Below the pieces are notes generated by a model. The model was given only the letters and a program-made list of their open reading frames with translations, was not told where the DNA came from and did no database searches. The position numbers and the translations under genes are program-made. Positions 9,009 through 16,247 of a stretch of DNA of 64,000 nucleotides are shown here, one piece after another. The DNA comes from Acinetobacter phage nACB2: sequence record OQ032512.1; one strand, given 5' to 3'. Within the stretch, counting starts at the first letter, position 1. The number at the start of each line of letters is the position of its first letter.

Positions 9009-9049
9009 GAATCTCATAAGGTTCAATAACACTCAACGGAGTAAATCAA

Positions 9050-9652
9050 ATGACTACATTAACTGCTAACCAAACTCAAGTACTTGTTGCTCTAGCTACA
9101 GACACTACTATTGAAAATCAACCTTGGGTTACAACTACTCAAATCGCAGTCATCTCTGGTTTAACTAAATTGGTAGCATCGGGCTTAGTTTGCTCTATGA
9201 TCCACAAAGAACTTCTTGTATCTAAAAAAGAGAAAACTGGTTCACAATACCAATACACTGTTAAAGGTCTTGAAGCTGTCGCTCACTTGATCAAAACTGA
9301 AGAAGTAGTTGAAGACAAGCCTAAAGCTAAACGCAAATCAACTAAATCTTCAAAAGAATTCTCAATTAAAATCACTGCAAATGAGGAAGCAGTTATCAAA
9401 GCAATTGCTTACTCAGAATGGTGTGAAGTGAATGGACGCCCTGAAGTTGCAGAATCAGCTGATGACGTTTCTACTTGGTGTTACACTGATACATTCGCAG
9501 AATACGCTAAGTTGACTGTTCGTACTGTAAAAGGTACTTTGGGTTCACTGGCTAAAAAGGGTATCATTGACGTACTTGATAACTTTGATGAAGATAACTC
9601 AGTGCGATTCACTGAAGAAGGCTTCAAGCTGATGAAAGAAGTTATTGCATAA
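9050..9652 (+). CDS. Tandem winged-helix DNA-binding protein (200 aa); a possible transcription regulator.
   Basis: Two wHTH-like segments (residues about 5-85 and 120-195) separated by a basic linker, KPKAKRKSTKSSK. Strong promoter and SD. Confidence 0.55.
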   Translation: MTTLTANQTQVLVALATDTTIENQPWVTTTQIAVISGLTKLVASGLVCSMIHKELLVSKKEKTGSQYQYTVKGLEAVAHLIKTEEVVEDKPKAKRKSTKSSKEFSIKITANEEAVIKAIAYSEWCEVNGRPEVAESADDVSTWCYTDTFAEYAKLTVRTVKGTLGSLAKKGIIDVLDNFDEDNSVRFTEEGFKLMKEVIA

Positions 9653-9657
9653 TAATT

Positions 9658-9696
9658 GAAGACCGAGATATTTTGAATATCTCGGTCTTTTTTCCT
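9658..9696 (+). terminator. Rho-independent terminator.
   Basis: gaccgagata-ttttgaa-tatctcggtc + TTTTTT. Confidence 0.8.
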
Positions 9697-9724
9697 TTAC
9701 TTTTCTCTGGCGCGCCCACATAAT
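9696..9724 (+). promoter_or_regulatory. Sigma70-type promoter: TTTACT-17-CATAAT.
   Basis: 'cCTTTACTTttctctggcgcgcccaCATAATttt'; the downstream leader is 'acactcaacggagtacaagatATG'. Confidence 0.5.
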
Positions 9725-9778
9725 TTTAATCATGGACAACAAGTTCATTATTTAATTACACTCAACGGAGTACAAGAT

Positions 9779-10108
9779 ATGACACATTTAGGCTTAGTAG
9801 ATTTTGATTTAGATTTTGACTACGTTTCTGGTCTAATTGACGAAGATATCATCCAACAGATTCTTGCCAATGAGCTTGTAGCTCCTCATTACAAATCTAT
9901 TGTGGGCGATTCTGAGGCTCTAGTTGCCTGCCCATCGAACAGCGATATCGTTGAGGCTTCTGACGTTCCAGATATGGTTCTTGTTCAACGCGATGTTCGC
10001 AACAACGGTTTCGTTCTAGGTGACTTCTATGTTGGCGAGGTCAACGGACGCCGTTGTTTAGCTCTTAATTGGGACTACACTGGTCTCTTCATTATTACCA
10101 CCGCTTAG
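9779..10108 (+). CDS. Hypothetical acidic protein (109 aa).
   Basis: ORF sharing the leader/SD motif of the 9050 gene. Confidence 0.55.
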   Translation: MTHLGLVDFDLDFDYVSGLIDEDIIQQILANELVAPHYKSIVGDSEALVACPSNSDIVEASDVPDMVLVQRDVRNNGFVLGDFYVGEVNGRRCLALNWDYTGLFIITTA

Positions 10109-10112
10109 TTTC

Positions 10113-10145
10113 AAGCCCCTTCGGGGGCTTCTTGATTTTTATTTC
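10113..10145 (+). terminator. Rho-independent terminator.
   Basis: aagcccc-ttcg-ggggctt + cttgattttta. Confidence 0.75.
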
Positions 10146-10187
10146 TTTTGCAATAATACTTCATAATTTCATTATTTGGAGAATGAT

Positions 10188-10307
10188 ATGAAAACATTTC
10201 GTTTTATCGCAGTGTCACAGTGTCGCTTCTGTAGCGAAAAAGCTACTACACAAGATAATACCTGCGCACTTTGTGCTGCAACCCTTCTAGCCGAATTTGG
10301 ATGGTAA
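10188..10307 (+). CDS. Small Zn-ribbon protein of 39 aa (below the ORF-track cutoff).
   Basis: SD 'tggagaatgat' then ATG. Translation MKTFRFIAVSQCRFCSEKATTQDNTCALCAATLLAEFGW (CxxC...CxxC). Its stop TAA overlaps the ATG of the next gene (TAATGA). Confidence 0.45.
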   Translation: MKTFRFIAVSQCRFCSEKATTQDNTCALCAATLLAEFGW

Positions 10308-10627
10308 TGACTATGGCTTCTGTCTCACTTCCTTTCTCAACTTTATCGGAAACGGTTGGACAAGTTGGGATGAACTTTATCTATAACCATATGGATAATT
10401 TTCGGGATATTACATTCAACGCTTACGGTAAACACTACCCAGAACGCATGACATCGAAAATGGACGTCTATCCGGAAATGTTTAGAGCGCTGAAGGTTTT
10501 GTCTCATAACAAAGACCTGTACAAAGCTCTTATGGATATGGAGGATGCTTCTATAGTGAACGTCACGCTAGAGTCCAATGAATTTAGTGCATTTATCTTT
10601 TTCAAGGCTGAAAATAAAAATGGCTAA
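10301..10627 (+). CDS. Hypothetical protein (about 108 aa; start moved to the ATG at 10301/10307).
   Basis: The ORF-track start at 10271 lies inside the small Zn-ribbon ORF. ATG 10307 overlaps that ORF's stop. Confidence 0.5.
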   Translation: MVMTMASVSLPFSTLSETVGQVGMNFIYNHMDNFRDITFNAYGKHYPERMTSKMDVYPEMFRALKVLSHNKDLYKALMDMEDASIVNVTLESNEFSAFIFFKAENKNG

Positions 10628-10931
10628 ACGCAATCATAAACCTTGTGGATATAATCACATTCAAGTGCGCCGTTTGGGTAAGCAATGGTACGTTTGTATC
10701 TATTGGAATTACAATTGGTATCAACCTAAATGTACTGGATGCATCAGTTGCCAAACTGAGCTAGGGAAATCTAGAGGTTGGCAATGTAACCCCAACAAGA
10801 TTGTCAAGGGTAAAACGCTTGACATCTTATCAGTCTGTAAAAATCGATCTGATGCCAACCGCGCAGCTGATGAATTAGTGAGACGCGAGGAAGAGGATAT
10901 GCATTGGTATGGAGTATTTGATAATGAATAA
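10620..10931 (+). CDS. Cys-rich protein (about 103 aa; start uncertain, 10578 or 10620).
   Basis: Seven or more Cys residues (CGY..CIY..CTGCISC..C..C), a probable Zn-binding module. Confidence 0.4.
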   Translation: MAKRNHKPCGYNHIQVRRLGKQWYVCIYWNYNWYQPKCTGCISCQTELGKSRGWQCNPNKIVKGKTLDILSVCKNRSDANRAADELVRREEEDMHWYGVFDNE

Positions 10932-11283
10932 ACATTTGGTATTGATTGCGGCGCTTTTATTCCCAGCCTGCTCAAAGATGGATTCTGTGAACAAGGTTGT
11001 TACAGAAATAAAGGTAGCTGATGTTGAGGTGATGGACATTAACCGACCTCCTCAATTTTCTTTACAGATACGATCCACTGACAGATCAATTAGTGATTAT
11101 CTCGTATCAACTGAAGAGTGTCCCAACTGGAGAAATGTTGAATACGGAACTATCTACAAGATGGAATATACTGTAACAACAAAGTACTACAAGTCAGGAA
11201 AGACATCTAAAACAATCGCGCTTCCTAATTCTTGCACATTTGCGAACTACGCTGTGGTCAAATATAGATTGGATGTAAAATGA
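10924..11283 (+). CDS. Putative lipoprotein (about 119 aa).
   Basis: The ATG at 10924 is preceded by GGAG. N-terminal signal MNKHLVLIAALLFPAC with a Cys after the hydrophobic stretch (non-canonical lipobox FPAC). Confidence 0.5.
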   Translation: MNKHLVLIAALLFPACSKMDSVNKVVTEIKVADVEVMDINRPPQFSLQIRSTDRSISDYLVSTEECPNWRNVEYGTIYKMEYTVTTKYYKSGKTSKTIALPNSCTFANYAVVKYRLDVK

Positions 11284-11486
11284 AAAGAATATCTTTGGAA
11301 GGGTGGGAGCTTAATGAGAAAGGAACTCTTATTAAAGATTCTGTGTTCATTTCTAGATTCAAATGTAAAGATTATAGTCTTCAGACTGTAACAAAATACA
11401 AAGTGCAAGACTACTCAGGAAAGATCAAAACGCAAATGTTTTCTAGTGTGTTTGAAGCAATGGTCTACGTTCAAAATAATTCATGA
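11280..11486 (+). CDS. Hypothetical protein (68 aa).
   Basis: ATGA-coupled ORF. Confidence 0.45.
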   Translation: MKRISLEGWELNEKGTLIKDSVFISRFKCKDYSLQTVTKYKVQDYSGKIKTQMFSSVFEAMVYVQNNS

Positions 11487-11509
11487 TCATTATTTTCTAA
11501 AATCCAATA

Positions 11510-11541
11510 AAAAGCCCTTGTACTAGACAAGGGCTTTTGTA
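11510..11541. terminator. Bidirectional hairpin terminator between convergent genes; one of a repeated family.
   Basis: aaagcccttgt-actaga-caagggcttt flanked by A/T runs. Near-identical copies at 40551-40584 and 30601-30626. Confidence 0.75.
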
Positions 11542-11581
11542 TGTAAAAATCCAACTCCACACGGTAGGCTGGACGGTAGAT

Positions 11582-13366
11582 TTAACTCCAACCGTTGAAG
11601 CCATAACCTCCGTATCCGTCTGAACCATAAGCTGGGCCATCATCTCTATTCATGAAGTCATAAAGAGATTCTTGACGTTGAGACTCAATTTCCTCTTCAG
11701 CTTCCAAAGACTTGGTGCTAAAGAATGAAGTCATAGAGGTGTCCTCAATTGATGCTTCTCTGAGGGACTTCATTCTGTCTTGAATACTATCGCCCTCTTT
11801 GGTCTCATATTCAGACTTGAAGAACTCAGTCTTGGTCAACCAAGAGAATAAAACCAAGTTCATTACTGTGTCATCTTTAGCGCCTTTATCAGCTGCATAA
11901 GAACCGTTTGTCTGAAGAACAAACGTACCCAGTTCATCAACCATGATTTCTGATTCAATAAGCAGAATATCGAGTTCCAGAAGCGTTTTCAGGTTAGAAC
12001 AACCAACAGATTTCGTCGATTTAGTGGTCTTAATTCCTGGTTTAGCCCCTGCTCCACCTATCTGAGTGCCCAAACCATTTTTCTTGTTAGAAGTCAGGAA
12101 AACGTTCTCGTATTCAATCTCATAGTAGAGAATCTGAATGATTTGAGAGCCGATGGCGTTGTTCTCTACCAACACCCAAGCCTCATTATACTGAGAACAA
12201 ATGCGCTCAATCTCATACGGAAACACTAGAGGTGAAACAGTATTGGAATGATAGGTTGCTACCACTCTGTACGGCTTTGATGTAACGTCAAAGATGGCTA
12301 TAGTGGAGTTGTCTTCACCTATACCCTCAGCGCAGTCTACGGTTGCAACATAGATGCGATCCTTTTCAGGTGGGTAGAGAATCTCGTACGCACCATCTTC
12401 AAACGTATATTCAGGTGTAGCAATCTTGAGTTTTTCTAGAACCTCTGACGAGATCAAACCACCAGATGAAGACAAGAATTTACATTCATGCTCTTGTGAG
12501 AATCGAGATGAACCAAGCTGTTTCTTAGTTTTTACAGCCCAATCTTCATCTCGTCCTGGGACGTCCTTCCAAGTAACACTCAATGGAACATAACCATTCC
12601 AATCATCACCCTTAGCAACTGCTCCTTGCCAGAATTTGTAGAACTGACCTCTTGCCCCTTTAGGAGTAGAAGTGATCAGAATCTTAGATGTTTTACCTGA
12701 AGATACTACTGGAAATACAGAGTCAACAAAGTCTTGACCGCCGTCTGAGAAGCCCAAGAAAGCAAACTCGTCAAGATAAAGTAATGAAGCAGAACGACCA
12801 CGGATAGAGTCAGAAGAACTCGCGTGACCTTCGCAGCTTGAACCGTTTTCAAGAATGATATTCCCTTGGTTGAATGCTACAATACCTTGCTGAAGGAAGT
12901 ATGGCAACTCTTCGTACAGACGGCGGAGACGTTTCATGATCTCCATAGCCTGAGCTTCCTTGTTCGCAAGAACGTGACAGTCCTTCTCAGCGTGGAATAT
13001 CAGATACCAAGCCAAGAAGCCTACTACGCCTGTTGTCTTACCTGCCTGACGACAAGTTAAAGCAATATTGAAACGATGCTCTTTGTAGTTCTTGATCATC
13101 TCTTCCTGATAAGGGTAGAGTTTCAATGGTACAAGACCATGGTCAATATGCACTACTCGACCGTAGGTGGTCAAGAAGTAGATCGGGTCTTTTTTACATC
13201 TGATCCATTCTTTGAGCTGATCTGGTGTCATATCAATGGTGACACCAGCGCGTTTCACCCTCGGCTTACCAACAAACAATTGATCTTTTGATAAGATACA
13301 ATCGTCAACTGGCCAAGGGTGTTTACCGCCACTCTTTTGGAACGTATTGATTCCATCAGCCTTCAT
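11582..13366 (-). CDS. gp17: Terminase large subunit (gp17-like).
   Basis: Walker A 'CRQAGKTT' (T4 gp17 has SRQLGKTT). 594 aa. It ends the late operon, next to the small terminase subunit. Confidence 0.85.
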   Translation of the reverse strand: MKADGINTFQKSGGKHPWPVDDCILSKDQLFVGKPRVKRAGVTIDMTPDQLKEWIRCKKDPIYFLTTYGRVVHIDHGLVPLKLYPYQEEMIKNYKEHRFNIALTCRQAGKTTGVVGFLAWYLIFHAEKDCHVLANKEAQAMEIMKRLRRLYEELPYFLQQGIVAFNQGNIILENGSSCEGHASSSDSIRGRSASLLYLDEFAFLGFSDGGQDFVDSVFPVVSSGKTSKILITSTPKGARGQFYKFWQGAVAKGDDWNGYVPLSVTWKDVPGRDEDWAVKTKKQLGSSRFSQEHECKFLSSSGGLISSEVLEKLKIATPEYTFEDGAYEILYPPEKDRIYVATVDCAEGIGEDNSTIAIFDVTSKPYRVVATYHSNTVSPLVFPYEIERICSQYNEAWVLVENNAIGSQIIQILYYEIEYENVFLTSNKKNGLGTQIGGAGAKPGIKTTKSTKSVGCSNLKTLLELDILLIESEIMVDELGTFVLQTNGSYAADKGAKDDTVMNLVLFSWLTKTEFFKSEYETKEGDSIQDRMKSLREASIEDTSMTSFFSTKSLEAEEEIESQRQESLYDFMNRDDGPAYGSDGYGGYGFNGWS

Positions 13367-13868
13367 TCAGCTTACCCTCAGCTTCAGCCTGTTCACGCGC
13401 AATATCTTCATCAACCTGTTTCAGTAGGTCTGAAGTGTTCACGGCTACAGTTTGAGCGATGTTAACGGTTGTACCGCCTTCTGACTCAGGTACTTCTTTT
13501 GGTTTGACCTTAGCATCTTTGTAAATGGTCTTAGCGGAAGTCTGAATGTTGACCAATTCCTTGACCGAGTTCAAAGTGTTAGATGACGCTGAGTTGAACG
13601 CCTCAATGGCTCTAGGGTGTTCTGTCTCTTTTGCTACCGTCATCGCTCTGTGTGTGATAGAAAGGTTCATTTGCACAATAGCATAGATAGCACTACGAGC
13701 GTATTCATAGTCAACCTTGGCGTCTGAGTCTTCGATTTCTGGAACATTAGATGCCTTCTGTTCCATTTCAAATTCTTCACGGGTTGGTCTATTGTCTGCG
13801 TTTATGTCATCTGTATTAGTATCAGCGCCAGCTGGGATAATTCCCAATTCTCTTAAAATATCATTCAT
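13356..13868 (-). CDS. gp16: Terminase small subunit (gp16-like).
   Basis: Start moved to the ATG at 13868, with SD GGAGA 6 nt upstream; the ORF-track TTG at 13883 is an artefact. Segment 'DYEYARSAIYAIVQMNLSITHRAMTVAKETEHPRAIEAF' resembles the central region of T4 gp16. The 11-nt overlap with gp17 is typical. Confidence 0.65.
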   Translation of the reverse strand: MNDILRELGIIPAGADTNTDDINADNRPTREEFEMEQKASNVPEIEDSDAKVDYEYARSAIYAIVQMNLSITHRAMTVAKETEHPRAIEAFNSASSNTLNSVKELVNIQTSAKTIYKDAKVKPKEVPESEGGTTVNIAQTVAVNTSDLLKQVDEDIAREQAEAEGKLNEG

Positions 13869-14631
13869 CTTTGTTCTCCGCAAGCGCTTGTTTCAACGAG
13901 CGTATTTCCAATTCATCTGTATTTACATGATCTGTAACCCATGCATTTTCTTTAGAGAACAGAGATGCATCAAATTCAAGAATAACAGGTACGTCGTTGA
14001 TCCGATTATACAGATAGCCCTTCAGTGTGAATACAAGTTCAAATTCAACAATACGCGTTTCATCAACGTTCTCGAAGTTGTCTTGAATGTCTAGATTAGG
14101 TTGCTTTCTGATGTTGATCACGCGTTCTACATCTAGAAGGTCTGAATCCATCAATCTGACATTCACGCCCTTAGCAAAGGCAGATTCTATTTGTTCAAAG
14201 ATCAATAACGCTTCTGTTGTATTGTTGGCTCTGACTGTAAGATGAAAATCAACGTTGTACGGTGACGGAGACATTGCAGACTTGCTGTTAGCAGTAGAAT
14301 TGTTGAAGTACAAATTGCGACTACGCATAGTGGCGTGATCTACAGTTTGGCGTTGACCATCCTTAACAATAGAGCCTAGAGTAAACGCCATAGCTGGAAG
14401 GGCTGGTTTCACTTTAGGTTGTAGTTGCTCATCTACATTTAACTGAGTGTCAGCTTTATTTCTGCTATTACCATTACCAAATCTAATAGGCACGCTGACT
14501 AGCTTATTGTTAATCTTTATACCGAAACCAGAAAATAAAGAACCGAAGACAGCTGTGTACTTTGACAACTGACTCGTGTCGACTCTATGAGAGCCATCTG
14601 AGAATAGGGAGATGCTCATGTTATTCTCCAA
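13861..14631 (-). CDS. Neck/tail-completion protein (gp15-like by position).
   Basis: 256 aa. Sits immediately upstream of gp16-like, as gp15 does in T4. ATGAATGA overlap. Confidence 0.45.
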   Translation of the reverse strand: MENNMSISLFSDGSHRVDTSQLSKYTAVFGSLFSGFGIKINNKLVSVPIRFGNGNSRNKADTQLNVDEQLQPKVKPALPAMAFTLGSIVKDGQRQTVDHATMRSRNLYFNNSTANSKSAMSPSPYNVDFHLTVRANNTTEALLIFEQIESAFAKGVNVRLMDSDLLDVERVINIRKQPNLDIQDNFENVDETRIVEFELVFTLKGYLYNRINDVPVILEFDASLFSKENAWVTDHVNTDELEIRSLKQALAENKDE

Positions 14632-15247
14632 ATGGGTTGTTTACGTCAAAGTCTGGGACATCAGTTACGTGCTTCTCAGACTCCATCACAAAATTATCAG
14701 ACTCATCTTGAGAAGGTTGAACAAGATCACCTAACGTACCTTGGAACACGACTCCACTGAAGTCATCGATATTATCTTCATGCTTTGGTTGATAGATTAC
14801 GCAGTTTAGAATCCAACAATATCTTTTGTTTCCAACGTAGTATTGGTCGTCAGTGCGTACGCGTCTAATTTCCCAAAGTCTATTACCCACTGGGTCATAT
14901 AATACGTCACCCTCTTGGGGTTCAGTGATTCCTAGCTTATCAGCTTCAGCCTTAAAACGAGTTATAGCCATCTTAAAGACAGCAGAATCAGCTGGTGTGA
15001 ACCCAAACTGTCCGAATATATCAGACTCACCACCAAAGCTCTGAATCTCCATGATTTGGGCTTCAATGGTGAACTGTTGCTTTAGACCTTTAACGTCAGC
15101 GTCGTTCAAAGCATTATGATTACTTTCAAGTAATTGGATATAGACTAAATCCACACCAATGACCTGAATTGCTTCAATAACCATCTGGTCAAATAGTTCG
15201 CATTCAGCGTTTGTAACCTGTATTGCGTTTAAGTGTGGATTTAGCAT
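14621..15247 (-). CDS. Neck protein (gp14-like by position).
   Basis: 208 aa, strong SD AAGGAGA, between gp13-like and gp15-like. Confidence 0.45.
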   Translation of the reverse strand: MLNPHLNAIQVTNAECELFDQMVIEAIQVIGVDLVYIQLLESNHNALNDADVKGLKQQFTIEAQIMEIQSFGGESDIFGQFGFTPADSAVFKMAITRFKAEADKLGITEPQEGDVLYDPVGNRLWEIRRVRTDDQYYVGNKRYCWILNCVIYQPKHEDNIDDFSGVVFQGTLGDLVQPSQDESDNFVMESEKHVTDVPDFDVNNPFGE

Positions 15248-15268
15248 ATAGTGTCTCCTTTATTCTAT

Positions 15269-16051
15269 TTAAGCCAAATAGAACAGGTCGCAAGCTTCAT
15301 TTCTCAAGCGTTCCATGATATCAGCTTCGTCTTGACGCCCTTGTTCCAACATAGCTTGACCTTGAATAACTTGTCCTCCAGGAAGTTGCATACCTTCATA
15401 CTTGGACATAGTTTGACCAATGATTTGTTTACACAATGCGGTTGCTAAGTCTTGCATTGTCTCATTGTCGAAAATGAGACCACCGCCAATCGTACTCGTG
15501 GGTACGGAAGTCATTCCAGTATGTTCCTCTTCAGGAATATAGTCTTCAAGTGCTCTAATACAGATCAGATCATTTTCTTTAACAGGAAACTTCAGAGTGA
15601 TCTGATGATTAAACTTTGTGAATACAAATGGAAAAATATCCATGCCTGTAACAATCTTATATGTATCTACCCGAGCCATTGCCGCAAAGTAATCAACCAT
15701 AGACAGAGGTGTCATAAACACGCCGTTTAAGAATACGTTGCGCGTCAATGTAAATTCTGTAGTTGCAAAATACAAAGGATCTGTATTGCTATTTCCAACT
15801 GGAATAATATCTGTCACTGCATCAAAAGAATCTGGTACTTGGAACCACCCTTGTTCTAGAATTTCCTTTGTGATCTTCACTACACAGAATGATTCAAATG
15901 AAAAGTTATTGTGCCAGCGCCACATTTTCTTGATAGCGCCGTCAATGGCTCCGTTAAGCTGTTCGTCACTTATGTTTACCTTAACAATAGGATACCCTAA
16001 ACTGTTTAAGATACGCGCCTTCACATCTTTGCGTGTTCTATTTCTGTACAT
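15269..16051 (-). CDS. gp13: Neck protein gp13-like.
   Basis: Start moved to the ATG at 16051 (SD GGAGA). N-terminal region 'RKDVKARILNSLGYPIVKVNISDEQLNGAIDGAI' parallels T4 gp13 '[30 protein letters not shown]'. Confidence 0.65.
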   Translation of the reverse strand: MYRNRTRKDVKARILNSLGYPIVKVNISDEQLNGAIDGAIKKMWRWHNNFSFESFCVVKITKEILEQGWFQVPDSFDAVTDIIPVGNSNTDPLYFATTEFTLTRNVFLNGVFMTPLSMVDYFAAMARVDTYKIVTGMDIFPFVFTKFNHQITLKFPVKENDLICIRALEDYIPEEEHTGMTSVPTSTIGGGLIFDNETMQDLATALCKQIIGQTMSKYEGMQLPGGQVIQGQAMLEQGRQDEADIMERLRNEACDLFYLA

Positions 16052-16238
16052 GTCCCAGAATCTCCTGTAACAACAATTCTTGTCTATCCAAACGTTCATT
16101 TAGTGTTTTAACATTAGTCTGGAGTTCCTGAATTTGGTCGTCCTTCTGTTTTGCTAATTCTCTTTGTTTGGTATACTGTAAAAAGCCAGCTGTGTCAGTA
16201 TTTGACACAGCTGCTCCATTTCTAACCCATTTATTCAT
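16038..16238 (-). CDS. 66-aa coiled-coil protein in the position of fibritin (wac); possibly a mini whisker/fibritin-like protein.
   Basis: Heptad-like 'LAKQKDDQIQELQTNVKTLNERLDRQELLLQEILG'. ATG at 16238 with SD AGGTAGA. Confidence 0.4.
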   Translation of the reverse strand: MNKWVRNGAAVSNTDTAGFLQYTKQRELAKQKDDQIQELQTNVKTLNERLDRQELLLQEILGHVQK

Positions 16239-16247
16239 CGTCTACCT

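Noticed and set aside
13883-13883. TTG/GTG start codons reported by the ORF track at 13883, 27685, 32739, 40494, 47343, 51882 and 60595.
   Set aside because: In each case an in-frame ATG with a good Shine-Dalgarno lies 2-21 codons downstream, and the starts were moved there. Only the 1603-aa gene (21053) lacks such an ATG.
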